DNA of 64,000 nt, taken from positions 147,748,001-147,812,000 of the forward strand of contig CM059432.1 of NCBI GenBank assembly GCA_030390025.1, in the 5' to 3' direction. The DNA comes from Squalus acanthias (lineage: Eukaryota). The notes under the pieces were generated by a model. The model was not told the origin of the DNA, did not search any database, and was given only the letters and a program-made list of their open reading frames with translations. The position numbers were made by a program, and so were the translations under genes. Of this stretch, positions 13,190-26,764 are shown piece after piece; position 1 is the first letter of the stretch, and every line of letters begins with the position of its first letter.

Positions 13190-13720
13190 GATTGTCTTCT
13201 ACGGCCTTCACACATACAGCAAGTATCTCAGGACATCCATGAGGACAATTCCTCAGAGGACCTCATTCCATCACAGGCTGCACTGTCACAGGACGGACAG
13301 CCATGCGCCAGCACATATAGTCGCACTTTGGTGGGTCCACTTAGTCATTTAATTGCATCTTCACCTGGTGATTCACACCTCACAAGTAAGCACAAGCAGA
13401 CACTAGTGGTAGGCACAGCTATGGAGAGTCCACATCGGGGGGGCGCAATCCTCTCCAAGCTCTGCTCACCTGAACACAGATGCTGAACTCCGAGGACTAT
13501 CGTTGAGAAGGAGAATGCTAGAGGTGCATCAGCAACTTAGCCAGATACTGACAAGCATGCCAAGCGCACTCTGCACAATAGCAGAGAGGATGGAGTATTC
13601 CAACTCGATCGCTAGTGAATTGGTGGTGCAGGGAATTAGAGAATATCTGCCATGGGGAGAGGGTCCGCATCCCTGGAGCTTCACTTGTCTCACGATGAAT
13701 ATCATTGCATGACAGGATCC
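13190..13720 (+). pseudogene. Harbinger Myb/SANT partner gene exon 3 remnant
   Basis: HIQQVSQDIHEDNSSEDLIPS homologous to 33422-33836. Confidence 0.7.
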
Positions 13721-13839
13721 ATTGGGAGGACGTGCAATGGGTGGATGAGTCGGTAAAGGACTGTTTGTTGTAAAGGGAGGGCGGGGGGTTGTCCTGGTGG
13801 TGGGAGCGGGATCGCAGGATTTCATTTCTTATGTTGCGC

Positions 13840-15010
13840 ACTAGGTGAACCTTCGCGATATTAGGGCATCCTTGGCATCCTGGGCAACAATGTAAAAGGC
13901 TGGTCTGGCGATGGTGCCCCATCTTCATCCTCCTCCTCCTGTACGTTCTTCTCATCCGAGTATGAGTGATGAGCCCCTTCGTCCTCCTCCGTCTACAATC
14001 CTCTCTGCTGCCCCATGTTGTGCAGGATGCAGCGCACCGCTATTATTCTCGAGACCTTGATGGCGAGTACTGAAGAGCACCTCCAGACGTATCTCGGCGC
14101 CTGAAGCACATCTTCAACATTCCGATGGCTTGCTTCATGAAACACCTGGTGGTCATGTGGCTCTGGTTGTAGACCTCCTGCGTCTCATTGGTGGGGTCCC
14201 TCACAGGTGTCATGAGACAAGTTTGACGGGATTATCATTGTCATCTACGAGCCTGCCTTACGACTGCTTCCTGTAAAAAGAGGTCGGGAATGTTGGACTG
14301 CCGCAGTAGCAAACATAGAAACAGAGAAAAATAGGAGCAGGAGTCGGCCATTCGGCCCTTCGAGCCTGCTCCGCCATTCAATATGATCATGGCTGATCCT
14401 CTATCTCAATACCATATTCCTGCTCTCTCCCCATACTCCTTGACACCTTTTGTGTCCAGAAATCTATCTATCTCCTTCTCAAATATATTCAGTGACTTGG
14501 ACTCCACAGCCTTCTGTGGTAGAGAATTCCACAGGTTCACCACCCTCTGAGTGAAAACATTTCTCCTCATCTCAGTCCTAAATGTCCTACCCTGTATCCT
14601 GAGACTGTGACCCCTCGTTCTAGACCCCCCAGCCAGGGGAAACATCCTCCCTGCATCCAGTCTGTCTAGCCCTGTCAGAATTTTATACGTTTCAAAGAAT
14701 TTTATGTTTCAATATGAATGCATCATGACAGCTCCCAGGGAATCTGGCGCAGACCTTCAGAATTCTCTTCTTGTGGTTGCACAGCAGCTGCACGATGATG
14801 GATGAAAATCCCTTGCAGTTGATAAAAACTCCTGGTTGCTGTGGTGGTGCTCGGATTGCCACGTGTGTGCAGTCTGTACCTCTGGGAATCCAGCCAGAGA
14901 GGAGAATCCGAGTGCCCATTCATTCTGGCTATTTTCATCACAGGGGAAATTTACAAATTTGCAGGCCCTGCCAAACAATCCATCAGTTATGTGCAGTTGA
15001 CTGGGAGATC
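13840..15010 (-). pseudogene. HARBI1-like transposase remnant interrupted by CR1
   Basis: DCTHVAIRAP...FINCKGFSSIIVQLLCNH...ARFPGSCHDAFIL. Confidence 0.85.
14311..14697 (-). mobile_element. CR1 (HER1-like) 3' end
   Basis: RTRGHSLRI...FTQRVVNLWNSLP and tail. Confidence 0.9.
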
Positions 15011-15789
15011 CTGGATAGGTCTCCGGTCGCTTGAGTTCAGAGCGTGGAGACAGAGTTGGGTGAAAACGCAATCAGAGTGGATCACAAACAGAGTCGAAGC
15101 CGGGAATTTGGTGATAGTAGTAATTCGGTGGAGAGGAGGAAGGCGGTTTCTCACGCCCAACTCAAAAGAAGGAGTGGAACCACAGAGCCCGAAGATTCTA
15201 AGTTAAGTATCTAACATTTAGGTCCTGAGGCCTAGAATTTGGATAAGGCCTGAAAACGGGCGGTGTCACGGGCCCGCACTATTTGCCTGCACCCGTTGTA
15301 AGTGATGCAGGCAGCACGCAAAATTTGTGCTGCCTGCTCATTATAATGATTGGAGCGCTGAAATCAGCGCTAAACGCGCTGCTGATTCCCGCGCCCCCAC
15401 CGCCCCCACCGCCCCCCCCCCACCCCAGTTCACACTGACAATCTCCATCCCCATTCAGTCTCAGTTAATGCTCGCACTCTTCTTTCCTTCCCCAACCCAA
15501 AGCACCACTTCCAGCTTCTCCCTGCTCCTCCCCCATGGTAGTAGTCCCAGATTCCCCCCTCGTCCCACAAAGCTTTTTATTTTGATCCTTGGCAACACGT
15601 CGCATTTATTTGGGATGTCCTGAAGTCATGAAAGGTGCAGTATAAATCCAAGTTCTTTTGCTAAATGGTAACCCAATACGACATTTTTCTTCAAATCTGA
15701 ACCAGCCTTCACAGTCAAACATTTCTTCTGCCCTACCCGGATAGTTATTACACTATTGGGCTCCAGCATGCTTTATCCACAAGTAAAAA

Positions 15790-18230
15790 TACTGTGGAGG
15801 AGGAATTCCTAGAATGTTTACGAGATGGTTTTCTGGAACAATATGTCGAGGAACCAACCAGAGATCAGGCCATCTTAGACTGGGTATTATGTAACGAGAA
15901 AGGATTAATTAGCAATCTTGTTGTACGAGGCCCCTTGGGTCAGAGTGATCATAATATGATAGAATTCTTCATTAGGATGGAGAGTGAAGTCGTTGAATCA
16001 GAGACTAGGGTCCTGAATTTAAATAAAGGAAACTACGATGGTATGAGGCGCGAATTGGGTAGGATTGATTGGGGAATGTCACTCAAGGGGTTGACGGTGG
16101 ATAGGCAATGGCAAACATTCAAAGACTGCATGGATGAACTACAGAATTTGTTCATCCCAGTGTGGCATAAGAATAAAACAAAAAGGGTGACTCAACCGTG
16201 GCTAACAAGGGAAATTAGGGATAGCATAAGATCCAAGGAGAGGGCATATAAATTAGCCAGAAAAAGCGGTAGCCCTGAGGATTGGGAGCAGTTTAGGATT
16301 CAACAAAGGAGGACAAAGGGATTAATTAAGAAGGGGAAAATAGAATATGAAAGTAAGCTTGCTGGAACATAAAAACTGACTGTAAGAGCTTTAATAAATA
16401 TGTGAAGAGAAAAAGATTAGTGAAATCAAGTGTAGGTCCCTTGCAGTCAGAAGCGGGGGAAGTTATAATGGGGAACAAAGAAATGGCAGACCAATTAAAT
16501 GCATATTTTGGTTCTGTCTTCACAAAGGAGGACACAAATAACCTCCCAGAGATGTTGGAGAACATATGGTCTGATGAAAGGGAGGAACTGAAAGAAATCA
16601 GTATTTGCAGGGAAATGGTGTTAGGGAAATTGACGGGATTGAAGGCTGATAAATCCCCAGGGCCTGATAATCTACATCCTAGGGTACTTAAGGAAGTGGC
16701 CCTAGAAATAGTAGATGCATTGCTGATCATCTTCCAACATTCGATGGAATCTGGAACTGTACCCATGGATTGGAGGGTAGCCAATGTTACCCCACTATTC
16801 AAAAAGGGTGGTAGAGAGAAAGCGGGGAATTACAGACCGGTAAGCCTGACATCGGTATTGGGGAAAATGCTAGAGTCCATTATAAAGGATGTAATAGCAG
16901 AGCACTTGAAAAACAGTGACAGGATCGGACAAAGTCAACATGGATTTACAAAAGGTAAATCGTGCTTGACTAATCTACTGGAATTTTTTGAGGATGTAAC
17001 TGGGAAAATAGATAAGGGAGAACCAGTAGATGTGGTGTATTTGGACTTTCAAAAGGCTTTCGATAAGGTCCCGCATAAGAGATTAGCGTGTAAAGTTAAG
17101 GCACATGGGATTGGGGGCAAGGTATTGACTTGGATAGAGAACTGGTTGGCGGACAGAAAGCAGAGAGTAGGAATTAATGGGTCTTTTTCCGAGTGGCAAG
17201 CAGTGACTAGTGGGGTACCGCAGGGATCGGTCCTTGGACCCCAGCTATTCACAATATACATTAATGATCTAGATAAGGGAACTAAATGTAATATCTCCAA
17301 GTTTGCAGATGACACAAAGCTGGGTGGGAGTGTGTGCTGCGAGGAGGATACCGAGAAACTCCAGGATGATTTGGACAGGTTGGGTGAGTGGGCAGAAGCG
17401 TGGCAGCTGCAATATAACGTGGATAAATGCGAGGTTATCCACTTTGGTGTCAAAAACAGAAAGGCAGACTATTATCTGAATGGCAATAGATTGGGAGAAG
17501 GGGAAGTGCAACGAGACCTAGGTGTCCTTGTGCACCAGTCGCTGAAAGTAAGCATGCAGGTGCAGCAGGCGGTGAAGAAGGCAAATGGTATGTTGGCCTT
17601 CATAGCGAAAGGGTTTGAGTATAGGAACAGGGATGTCCTGCTGCAGTTGTACAGGGCCTTGGTGAGACCACACCTTGAGTACTGTGTGCAGTTTTGGTCG
17701 CCTTATCTGAGGAAGGATGTTCTTGCCATGGAAGGAGTTCAGCGAAGATTCACAAGACTGATACCTGGGATGGCAGGAATGACATATGAGGAGAGATTGG
17801 GTCGATTGGGCTTATACTCGCTGGAGTATAGAAAATGAGAGGGGATCTCATCGAAACATATAAACTTCTGACAGGTCTGGACAAACTAGATGCAGAAAGA
17901 ATGTTCCTGATGGTCGGAGAGTCCAGAACCAGGGGTCATAATCTAAGGATAACGGGTAAGCCATTTAGGACAGAAATGAGGAAGAATTTCTTCACCCAGA
18001 GAGTGGTGAATTCTCTACCACAGAAGGTAGTTGAGGCCAAGTCATTAAATATATTCAAGAATGAGTTAGATATATTTCTTAAAGCTAAAGGTATCGAGGG
18101 ATATGGGGAGAAGGCGGGGACAGGGTACTGAGTTTGGATGATCAGCCATGATCTCATCGAATGGCGAGCAGGCTCGAGGGGCCGAATGGCCTACTCCTGC
18201 TCCTATCTTCTATGTTTCTATGTTTCTATG
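15790..18230 (+). mobile_element. 5'-truncated CR1 LINE (partial EN, RT), two frameshifts
   Basis: ORFs 15794-16372, 16402-17838, 17835-18131 with LDFQKAFDKVPH, GVPQGSVLGP, FADD; (TTCTATGT)n tail. Confidence 0.95.
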
Positions 18231-18954
18231 TTAGACAGAGAGTGGCTTACCTGCTGCCAAATGCTGGAGCAGTCCAGCATGATGCACACAGCTGCAGGAT
18301 CTGTCATGCATGGGCGCAAGCAGCTGGAACTTCATGCGTATGTGGAACGCCGTTTTTGGGCACAAACAACTTTGCGGGCATTTTGGGGTGACTATTCGGC
18401 CAGGGTGCTGATCTTGGTTCGCAGGTGCTGCAGGAACGCTGACCGTCGGTGTGAAATGCTGCGAATGGATCGCAGCGTGAGGAGTAATGGATTCCAGCAC
18501 ACGGGGCTCAAACACGTTGGGGTAGATTTCCATCGTCACCGCCTGTGTGGTAATGTGGTGGCGTGGATCACTCCCCCCCCCACCACCTTCTCTTTATAGA
18601 ACCCACCAAATTTTCATTTAATTGATTTCAATGGAAGGAAAAACCAAGTGGGTTCTATGAAGGGCGGGAGATCCGTTCCACCAGGTGCCAAAGACATTAT
18701 CAGGGGCTGAGCAGCACTCCAGATGCCCATTTTCAACGAATTGTCTCAAGGGATGTCCTTGGACAGAATGGTTGGTCTGTGCTATAGGGTGGCCCTCTTC
18801 TACACATAGAGCCACCCTTTGATGTAGGACCTCCCCCTTGCCCCGTGGTTTACAGTGTCTGATCAGCGCATCGGGCACTTTTTTTGGAAGCATATCGGTT
18901 TAATCTGAAAAAACAGAAGGGCCTTGAAATTCCCCCCGGGGGCTCTTCCAATCT

Positions 18955-19487
18955 CCTTATCTGAGGAAGGATGTTCTTGCCATGGAGGGAGTGCAGCGAA
19001 GATTCACCAGACTGATAGCTGGGATGGCAGGAATGACGTATGAAGAGAGATTGGGTCGATTAGGCTTATATTCGCTAGAGTTTAGAAGAATGAGAGGGGA
19101 TCTCATTGAAACTTATAAAATTCTAACAGGACTAGACAGACTAGATGCAGGAAGGATGTTCCTGATGGCGGGGGGGTCCAGAACCAGAGGTCACAGTCTA
19201 AGGATAAGGGGTAAGCCATTTAGGAATGAGATGAGGAGGAATTTCTTCACCCAGAGAGTGGTGAACCTGTGGAATTCTCTACCACAGAAGGCAGTTGAGG
19301 CCAATTCATTAAATATATTCAAGAAGGAGTTAGATATATTTCTTAAGGCTAAAGGGATCACGGGATATGGGGAGAAGGCAGGGACAGGGTACTGAATTTG
19401 GATGATCAGCCATGATCTCATTGAATGGCGGAGCAGGCTCGAGGGGCCGAATGGCCTACTCCTGCTCCTATCTTCTATGTTTCTATG
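18955..19487 (+). mobile_element. CR1 3' fragment
   Basis: ORF 18982-19395 is the ORF2 C-terminus, followed by the tail. Confidence 0.92.
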
Positions 19488-20097
19488 CTGTCAGAGTTGC
19501 AGCGGGAGAATGATAAAAAAAAACCTGTGGAATTTCAGGGCCCACATCATGATGGGAAGGTAGCTAACAGTCGCTGTTGTTTACTAACCTGCCCCTGCAT
19601 CCTTGGCCTCGCCAGCTGCGTCGTGTGCTACATGCTGGAATATTCAAATTCACTGACTTTGCCTTATGAGACATTATGGGGATGCACAATGATCTTAGTG
19701 GAGCCAATAATTTGATTCTTGGCACCAATAGCACTGATGTGCTTGGGGTAGAGACAATCCATAATATCAGGTGCTGAAATCTGCTGTGTGCTCATTCCAC
19801 ATAATGCTGTGGTGCTGAGGACCAGAGCACCAGCCGTACCTTTGGCCAACGGAGGCCTTAAAAAAAGCCCGCTAATGTAGTCTCAGTACCTGCGCAGCGC
19901 TGCTGAAGTTCAGCTACCATATAGAAGGTTCAGCCATTTTGGCTCCTGCTCCCTAATGATGATCCTGTCTGGTGTTGGTGTTGAGTCGCTGGATGCTGAC
20001 CCAGCAATTTCATTCATTCTTTCATGGTGTCCTTGGGTTTAAATACTGGAGCTATTCATACTTTCTTAAAGCTGTACCCCATCTGACATCTGTGGAC

Positions 20098-20393
20098 TGT
20101 CCAAAAATGTGCGTGTTAGGTTGATTTGGCTATGATAAATTGACCCTTAGTGTTAGGGGGGGATTAAATATGTGGAGTTACAGGGATAGGATGGGATATG
20201 TTAGGGGGAATTAAATACGTGGGGTTACGGGGATAGGGTGGGATATGTGTCGGTGCAGGCTCGATGGGGATTCTGTGTGAGAAAGCAGGGACAGGGTACT
20301 GGATTTGGATGATCAGCCATGATCGTATTGAATGATGGAGCAGGCTCAACGGGCCGAATGGCCTACTCCTGCTCCTAGTTTCTATGTTTCTAT
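20098..20393 (+). mobile_element. 5'-truncated HE1-like SINE
   Basis: Near-identical to 3091-3395. Confidence 0.88.
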
Positions 20394-20411
20394 GATACCC
20401 CACTGGCCATT

Positions 20412-20925
20412 TAGAAACATAGAAACATAGAAAAATAGGAGCAGGAGTAGACCATTCAGCTCTTCGAGCCTGCTCCGCCATTCAATATGATCATGGCTGA
20501 TCCTCTATCTCAATACCATATTCCCGCTCTCTCCCCATACCCCTTGATGCCTTTTGTGTCTAGAAATCTATCTATCTCCTTCTTAAATATATTCAGTGAC
20601 TTGACCTCCACAGCCTTCTGTGGTAGAGAATTCCACAGGTTCACCACCCTCTGAGTGAAGACATTTCTCCTCATCTCAGTCCTAAATGTCCTACCCCGTA
20701 TCCTGAGACTGTGACCCCTCGGTCTCGACCCCCCCAACCAGGGGAAACATCCAGTCTGTCTAGCCCTGTCAGAATTTTATACGTTTCAATGAGATCCCCT
20801 CTCATTCTTCTAAACTCTAGTGAATACAGGCCTAGTCGACCCAATCTCTCCTCATACGACAGTCCTGCCATCCCAGGAATCAGTCTGGTGAACCTTTGCT
20901 GCACTCCCTCTATGGCAAGTATATC
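20412..20925 (-). mobile_element. CR1 3' fragment
   Basis: RFTRLIPGMAGLSYEERL and tail. Confidence 0.9.
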
Positions 20926-21329
20926 TCTGTACATGCTGGTTGTGGAGAAGCCGGACAGGATCAGAGGAGACTGGCAGTACAAGAGAGCTTAAGTTGATGC
21001 ACCTTACACAACCTTGCCCTACAAAGGGCCATTGCCATGAACCAGGGGGAGAAGACGAGAATCTGCTTCAGGCAATGGCACAACAGGACCCTGTCCATCA
21101 GCCGCCTTATGTGAGTTTGTGAACATGGATCATGCAGGTGCCTTGTGTTTGGCTTCATGCTTGGTGTTTGTGACTTGCCACATTCTATGGATCAAAGGGC
21201 AAGCACATTGATTTGGCTTCCGTGCTAAGATATAGACAGGCCTATATATTTGGGAAGTAGGTGAACAGTTGTCCAGTGCTGTACATTCTCCCTCTGATGT
21301 TCCACTAACATTGTAAAATGAAACAAAAT

Positions 21330-21480
21330 CTGGGCAAGTCACAGGTGAGACAGCATTGACTCTTTCTACTACCCCTATCCAGGCTGCTCTCACATTATTC
21401 TTCAGAGGGGAGATACCCCTTCTCTCTGAAAAATACCACCTTTCTCTCCAGCACCTGCAGAAGGACATCCAGAGTATTTT
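21330..21480 (-). pseudogene. Myb/SANT exon remnant (Harbinger-derived)
   Basis: KNNVRAAWIGVVERVNAVSPVT resembles the MSANTD helix. Confidence 0.5.
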
Positions 21481-21726
21481 TTGAATGCATTCTCGAGATC
21501 TGGGAGGCGCTAGCAAGGCCAGCGTTTATTGCCCATTCCTAGTTGCCTTTGAGAAGGTGGTGATGAGCCTTCTTCTGGAAGTTGCATTCTGGAAGGGTGC
21601 TGTTCACTGCCCTGATCTTGCAGTAATCATTTCTACCCCTCAGTAGCAGTTAAAGCAATCAGCAGCCCTTTAAGAGCAGTTAGTGCCAGATAAAATGCCC
21701 CTTTGCTTCATACACTATATGCCACA

Positions 21727-23755
21727 AACAACAACAACAACTTGCATTCATATAACACCTTTAATGTAGTAAAACGTCCCAAGGCACGTCAGAGGAGCGA
21801 TTATCAAACAAAATTTGACACCAAGCCACACAAGACGATATTAGGATAGGTGACCAAAAGCTTGGCCAAAGAGGTAGGTTTTAAGGAGTGCCTCAAAACA
21901 CGAGAGAAAGGTAGAGAGGCGGGGAGGTTTAGGGAGGGAATTCCAGAGCTTAGGGCCTAGGCAGCTGAAGGCACGGCCGCCAATGGTGGAGCGATGAAAA
22001 TTGGGAATGCAAGAGGCCAGAATTGGAGGAGTTCAGAAATCTTGGAGGGTTGTAGGGCTGGAGGGGGGTTACAGAGATAGGGAGGGGTGAGGCCACGGAG
22101 GGATTTGAACACAAGGATGAGAATTTTAAAATCGAGGCATTGCTGGACCAGGAGCCAATGTAAGGTCAGCGAGCACAGGGATGATGGGTGAACGGGACTT
22201 GGTGCGAGTTGGGATACGGGCAGCAGAGTTTTGGATAGCTCAAGTTTATGGAGGGTTCTTGTCAAGTGTATTAAGGGATATGGAACCAATGCAGGTGGAT
22301 GGAGTTAGGATCAGCCATGATCTCATTGAATGGTGGAACAGGCTCGAGGGGTTGAATGGCCTCCTCCTGTTACTATGTTCCTATGTTCATATGTGCAAGG
22401 TGGGAGGCCGGCCAGGACAGCATTGAAATAGTCGAGTTTAGAGGGACAAAGGCATGGATGAGGGTTTCAGCAGCAGATGAGCTGGAGTCAAATAGGATGC
22501 CAAGGTTGCGAATGGTCTGGTTGAGCCTCAGACAGTGACCAGAGAGAGGGACGGAGTCACTGGCTAGGGAACGGAGTTTGTGGCAGGGACTGAAGACTAT
22601 GGCCCAAAAATTCGGCCGTTCTCGGGTGAGTACGGACTGTGTACTCACCCGTATTCATTCCCGAAGTGCTGGTTTCCTGCATGCACTGCGCATGCGCGGG
22701 AAACCGGCACTTTCGGTATGGCGAAGGGGGCGGTTCCTAGGTGAACTGCGTGCGCGCTAGAGGCTGCGCGCACGCAGCACACTTAGGTTTATTTTCAGGT
22801 TTCAACGCGAGGGTAAGTATTGAAGATTCTACGCTAGTAAAAAGGAGGCGTAAGACCCCTTTTGAACAAGGTAAGTAGTTAATTAAGTATAATTTTAAAT
22901 TTTTTTCAACAGGTTTATCTTTTTTAGAGACTTTAAAGAAAGGTAAGTTTATTTTTATAACTTTTAAAAAGTATTTTAATTTTTTCAAAAATTTTAATTT
23001 TTGTTTAAAGTGGTTAATTTATTTAACTATCGTTATTTTATTAATGTGATGGGTTTTTTAAAATTTATTTGAGGTTTAGCTGTTCTTTTGGGGCCGATTT
23101 CAATTCACAGATTTGAGTGGTCTCCTGTCAAATCTATGAATGAAAGAAAGATGGTCTGCTGCCATTGGCTCTCCATGGCCCACGTGATCCCAGGGGTCGC
23201 ATTGCACTAACTGCGCTCCTGGAACACACAAGCACTGCGCGCCGGCACTAGGGAGAGGCCCGGGACCCGAAGTTCCTGTGGGCCCGAAACACAACGGCAG
23301 GCGCGGTGGGTAAGAGCGCGCGCGATCCTTACCCCCGCGGCAAGCCGGCCACCCGAATTTCTAGGCCAATGGCTTTCACCTTCCTAATATTTAGCTGGAG
23401 GACATTTTTGCTCATCTAATACTGGATATTGGACAAGCAGCGTGACAAATCAGAGGCCGTGGAGAGGTGGCGGTGAGGTAGAGATGGGTGTCATCAGCGT
23501 ACATGGGGAACCTGACATTATATTTTCGGATGATGTCGCCAAGGGGCAGCATGTAAATGAGAAATAGAAGGGGGCCGAGGATAGATCCTTGGGGGACTCC
23601 AGAGGTAACGGTGTGGGAGCGGGAAGAGAAGCCATTGCAGGTGATTCTCTAGCTATGACTGGATAGATAAGAATGGAACCAGGCGAGGGCAGTCCCACCC
23701 AGCTGGACGACGGAGGAACGGTGTTGGAGGAGGATGGTGTGGTCAACCGTGTCAG
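21727..23755 (-). mobile_element. L2 LINE 3' part, interrupted by a CR1 tail (~22256-22392) and a MITE
   Basis: (TTG)n tail, [40 protein letters not shown] region. Confidence 0.85.
22601..23367. mobile_element. Harbinger-type MITE (copy 2)
   Basis: TIRs GGCCCAAAAATTCG / CGAATTTCTAGGCC; flanks TAT/AAT; inserted in L2. Confidence 0.88.
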
Positions 23756-23777
23756 TATTACTGAGGAGGTTTCAGTA

Positions 23778-24100
23778 CAGGCAACCTCGGGACCGAGGCC
23801 GAGCCGGTTTTTGTGTTTGTCCGGACTTCGGAACGTGTTCCTGATGTCCGAAGTCTGGAAATATCGCAACCTGGGCTCTGGCGTTTCCGGACTTCGGACA
23901 TCAGAAACACGTTCCGAGTCCGGAAATGCCTGGGCCGCTCCGCGAAGCGCTGACGCGTTTCTCCGCCCCTCCCCTTCTGTTAAAGGGGAGGGACGCTGCG
24001 AGCTCTGCAGAGCATCCGATGGCCCACACTAGGCCACCAGGGCGGCGTGGTGCCGTGGCCGCGGCCTGACGGAAACACTTAGTGGAGCTGTGCAGATTAA
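23778..24100. mobile_element. Probable Tc1/mariner-type MITE remnant with internal palindrome
   Basis: TA|CAGG start; ~42-bp inverted arms at 23820-23925. Confidence 0.5.
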
Positions 24101-24198
24101 GGAGGATAAAACACAACACTAAAGTTTTATTGCATCACTCGCATTTTTCATTGGATTTTTCAAAAAAAGACAACAAAAGTTAATGGCTTTTTGAAGTA

Positions 24199-24338
24199 CA
24201 GGTTGAGCATCCAAAATCCGGAGTTCCGAATTCCGGAACATTTTACGGATTCCGGACGACCCTGCCACCAATCGTCTCGGAGTCCGGATTCTGGAACATT
24301 CCGGATTCCGGAACTCCGGATTTTGGACGCTCAACCTA
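24199..24338. mobile_element. 140-bp Tigger/pogo-like hairpin MITE
   Basis: TA|CAGGTTGAGCATCCAAAATCCGGAGTTCCG...CCGGAACTCCGGATTTTGGACGCTCAACCTA|TA. Confidence 0.85.
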
Positions 24339-24949
24339 TACTTAGCTATTTATACGTCAAATATTCTAGATAAAAGGCTCTACAAAAACGATCTGGAATG
24401 CACTGCCCAGGAGGATGGTGGAAGCAGATTCAGTAGTAACTTTAAAAAGGGAATTGGATAAATAATTGAAAAGGAAAACTTTGCCAGGCTATGGGGCAAG
24501 AGCGGGGGAGTAGAACTAATTGGGTAGCTCTTTCAAAGAGCCGGCACAGGCACGGTGGGCCGAATGGCCTCCTACTGCACCATAAGTTTCTATGATACAT
24601 CAGAGGTTTAGGAATAGTGTGCAAACGTGGAGAAGGAATTTATGGGGATGGTGCATGTGATGTTATGCAAAGGAGCTTACCTCAAACTATGTGCCAGGTC
24701 AGCTCAGTGCACTCCACAGAGCAGTCATCCTACTGCCACAGCACCATTATCTTTAACACAAAGTCCTCCAATATTCTTCGGTTAAATAAGTTTGTGCTCT
24801 GGACAGGTTGACATTGCAGTCTTTCAGTTCATTAACTTTCCCTTGGTTCCCTACCTGAATCAAAGTCAGCTTGATCGAAAAACAGAAGCAGCCATATCAA
24901 ACCAAGTCTAGAGTATGAGGAAAATTCTGCCAGTGCATTTCACACTTCT

Positions 24950-25240
24950 TTTAGCCTCAACCTGTCACATTAACACCACCTCTTGCCTTGATCATCTCTT
25001 AATGTCTCGCAATGTCTCTTAATCTCTCCTTTTGTTCTTTCATCCCCTCCCCCTTTTCCCAGCTTTATCCTTGCCTTAAATCTATTTCATTTCCTGCTAT
25101 TTCCAGTTCTGACAAAAGGTCTTCGACCTGAAACGTTAACTCTGTTTCTTTCTCCACGGATGCTGCCTGGCCTGCTGAGTTTTTCCAGCGTTTTCTGTTG
25201 TTATTTCGGATTTCCAGCATCCGCAGTATTTTGCTATTGT
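24950..25240 (+). mobile_element. Penelope-like element 3' end/pLTR with mutated hammerhead core
   Basis: AGTT-CTGACAA-AAGGTCTTCGACCT-GAAACGTTAACT followed by the conserved tail shared with 39570-39693. Confidence 0.7.
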
Positions 25241-26764
25241 CTAGAGTATGAGGGCCTGGGGCTCAAAACAGGCTGAATCATTTTGCTGCCAGAGATCCTT
25301 GTTAGTTACAAATTTCAAATCCTGCTCTCCCCAAAAATATAATTTTACATATCAAACATTGTAAACGAAAAGATCTACAGACATCAGAGGTGAAGGAATA
25401 GTGTTTTGTGTGGCCATGCGTATGGAGAAGTAATTCACAGGGATGTGTGTTGTAACGTTTATGAGGGGCAACGCATAAGGAGCGAGTTTGTGGAGTAATG
25501 TGCATAAGGCGTAAGGAGAATACCGCAGGGTCAGAACGCTAAAGTTGTACGTTTGATGTTTGTCTTTTCCAGTAAAGGAAGTTTTGTGGCATTTATAAAT
25601 CTCAGATAAAGCCCTCTTTTTATTTAAACAGCTTTTCATAGCAGACGATTCGACATCTGTGTCAATTCCGAAGATCGGGATTCGATAGGAAAAGATCAGC
25701 ACTGAAAATAATTAAATAATAAAAATACAACCACGCGATATAAAGTGTAGGAATATAACGAAAGGAGCTGGAAGTAAGAATGGTTACTTACAGAAGCGTT
25801 TCATTACTAATTAATGAAGGTTCATATCAAATTGCCCCCATGCGGGAAGTGAGCTGAATGGCAAAATCTTTGGAATAATAACTGCACATTAATCAGGAAA
25901 TGTCCCTCTGCAGAAAACGTGTGAAGTAGCTTTTAATAACAGCTGCTCAAAGAGACTTTTCCAAAGGTGTTTGATGGCAGCTATCCATCATCGCTAAAAT
26001 GAAAAGGCCATGAGGATGGATGGAAAGAAGAGAGAGAGAGACACGTGCACAAACAGCCCCATGTAATTGGAATCTGGGGTTCTGGCAGAAACCTGATTAC
26101 TGGCACAAGATTTTATTTTATTAATGCTAATTATAGTCATGCTGCTGACTCTGATGGTAATGTGTTTGTGAGACTGTACCATAGACATTTAGGGGGAGAA
26201 GGAGAAGGCCCACTTCAAGAATTTATTAATCATTTTACAAGCTCTCTATACACTGGCACTATCAGCAGCCAGGGGGTTGAGAAACTAGGAGGGGAATCTT
26301 AACCCCCAAGAATGGGTGGGTTGGGATCGGATGGGGAGGGGGGGTTAAATTTTTGATTTTTAGAGCGAGAGCGCAACACGGCTCCAATGCGCCCACTTCC
26401 AGAGGCGCGTTTGGATGCCCGTGAGAAACCTACTCGCCGAAGTCAAGGATTTAATAATTGGATGTGGGCGGGTAATATTGGGGCAATTGACATTCTTAGG
26501 AAACTTTAATGAGGTATTTTGAAATTGTGTTTAACTTGCCTCCAAATATAACGTGTGCAACACGGGTTTCCCGGGACTCAGGAAACTGACCAGGGAAACA
26601 GCAGCAGTTCGGGTGGGTATTTAAACTTGTCATTGTCCCATCTGAATAAAAGCTCACTTATTGCAGCTGCTGTCTCTGTGCCCTCTGGCAAGCGTTTGGC
26701 AGAGAATTCTTGTGTGGATACAGCTTGTTCCAACCTTGGAGGATTTAAAACTGACAGGATCAGA

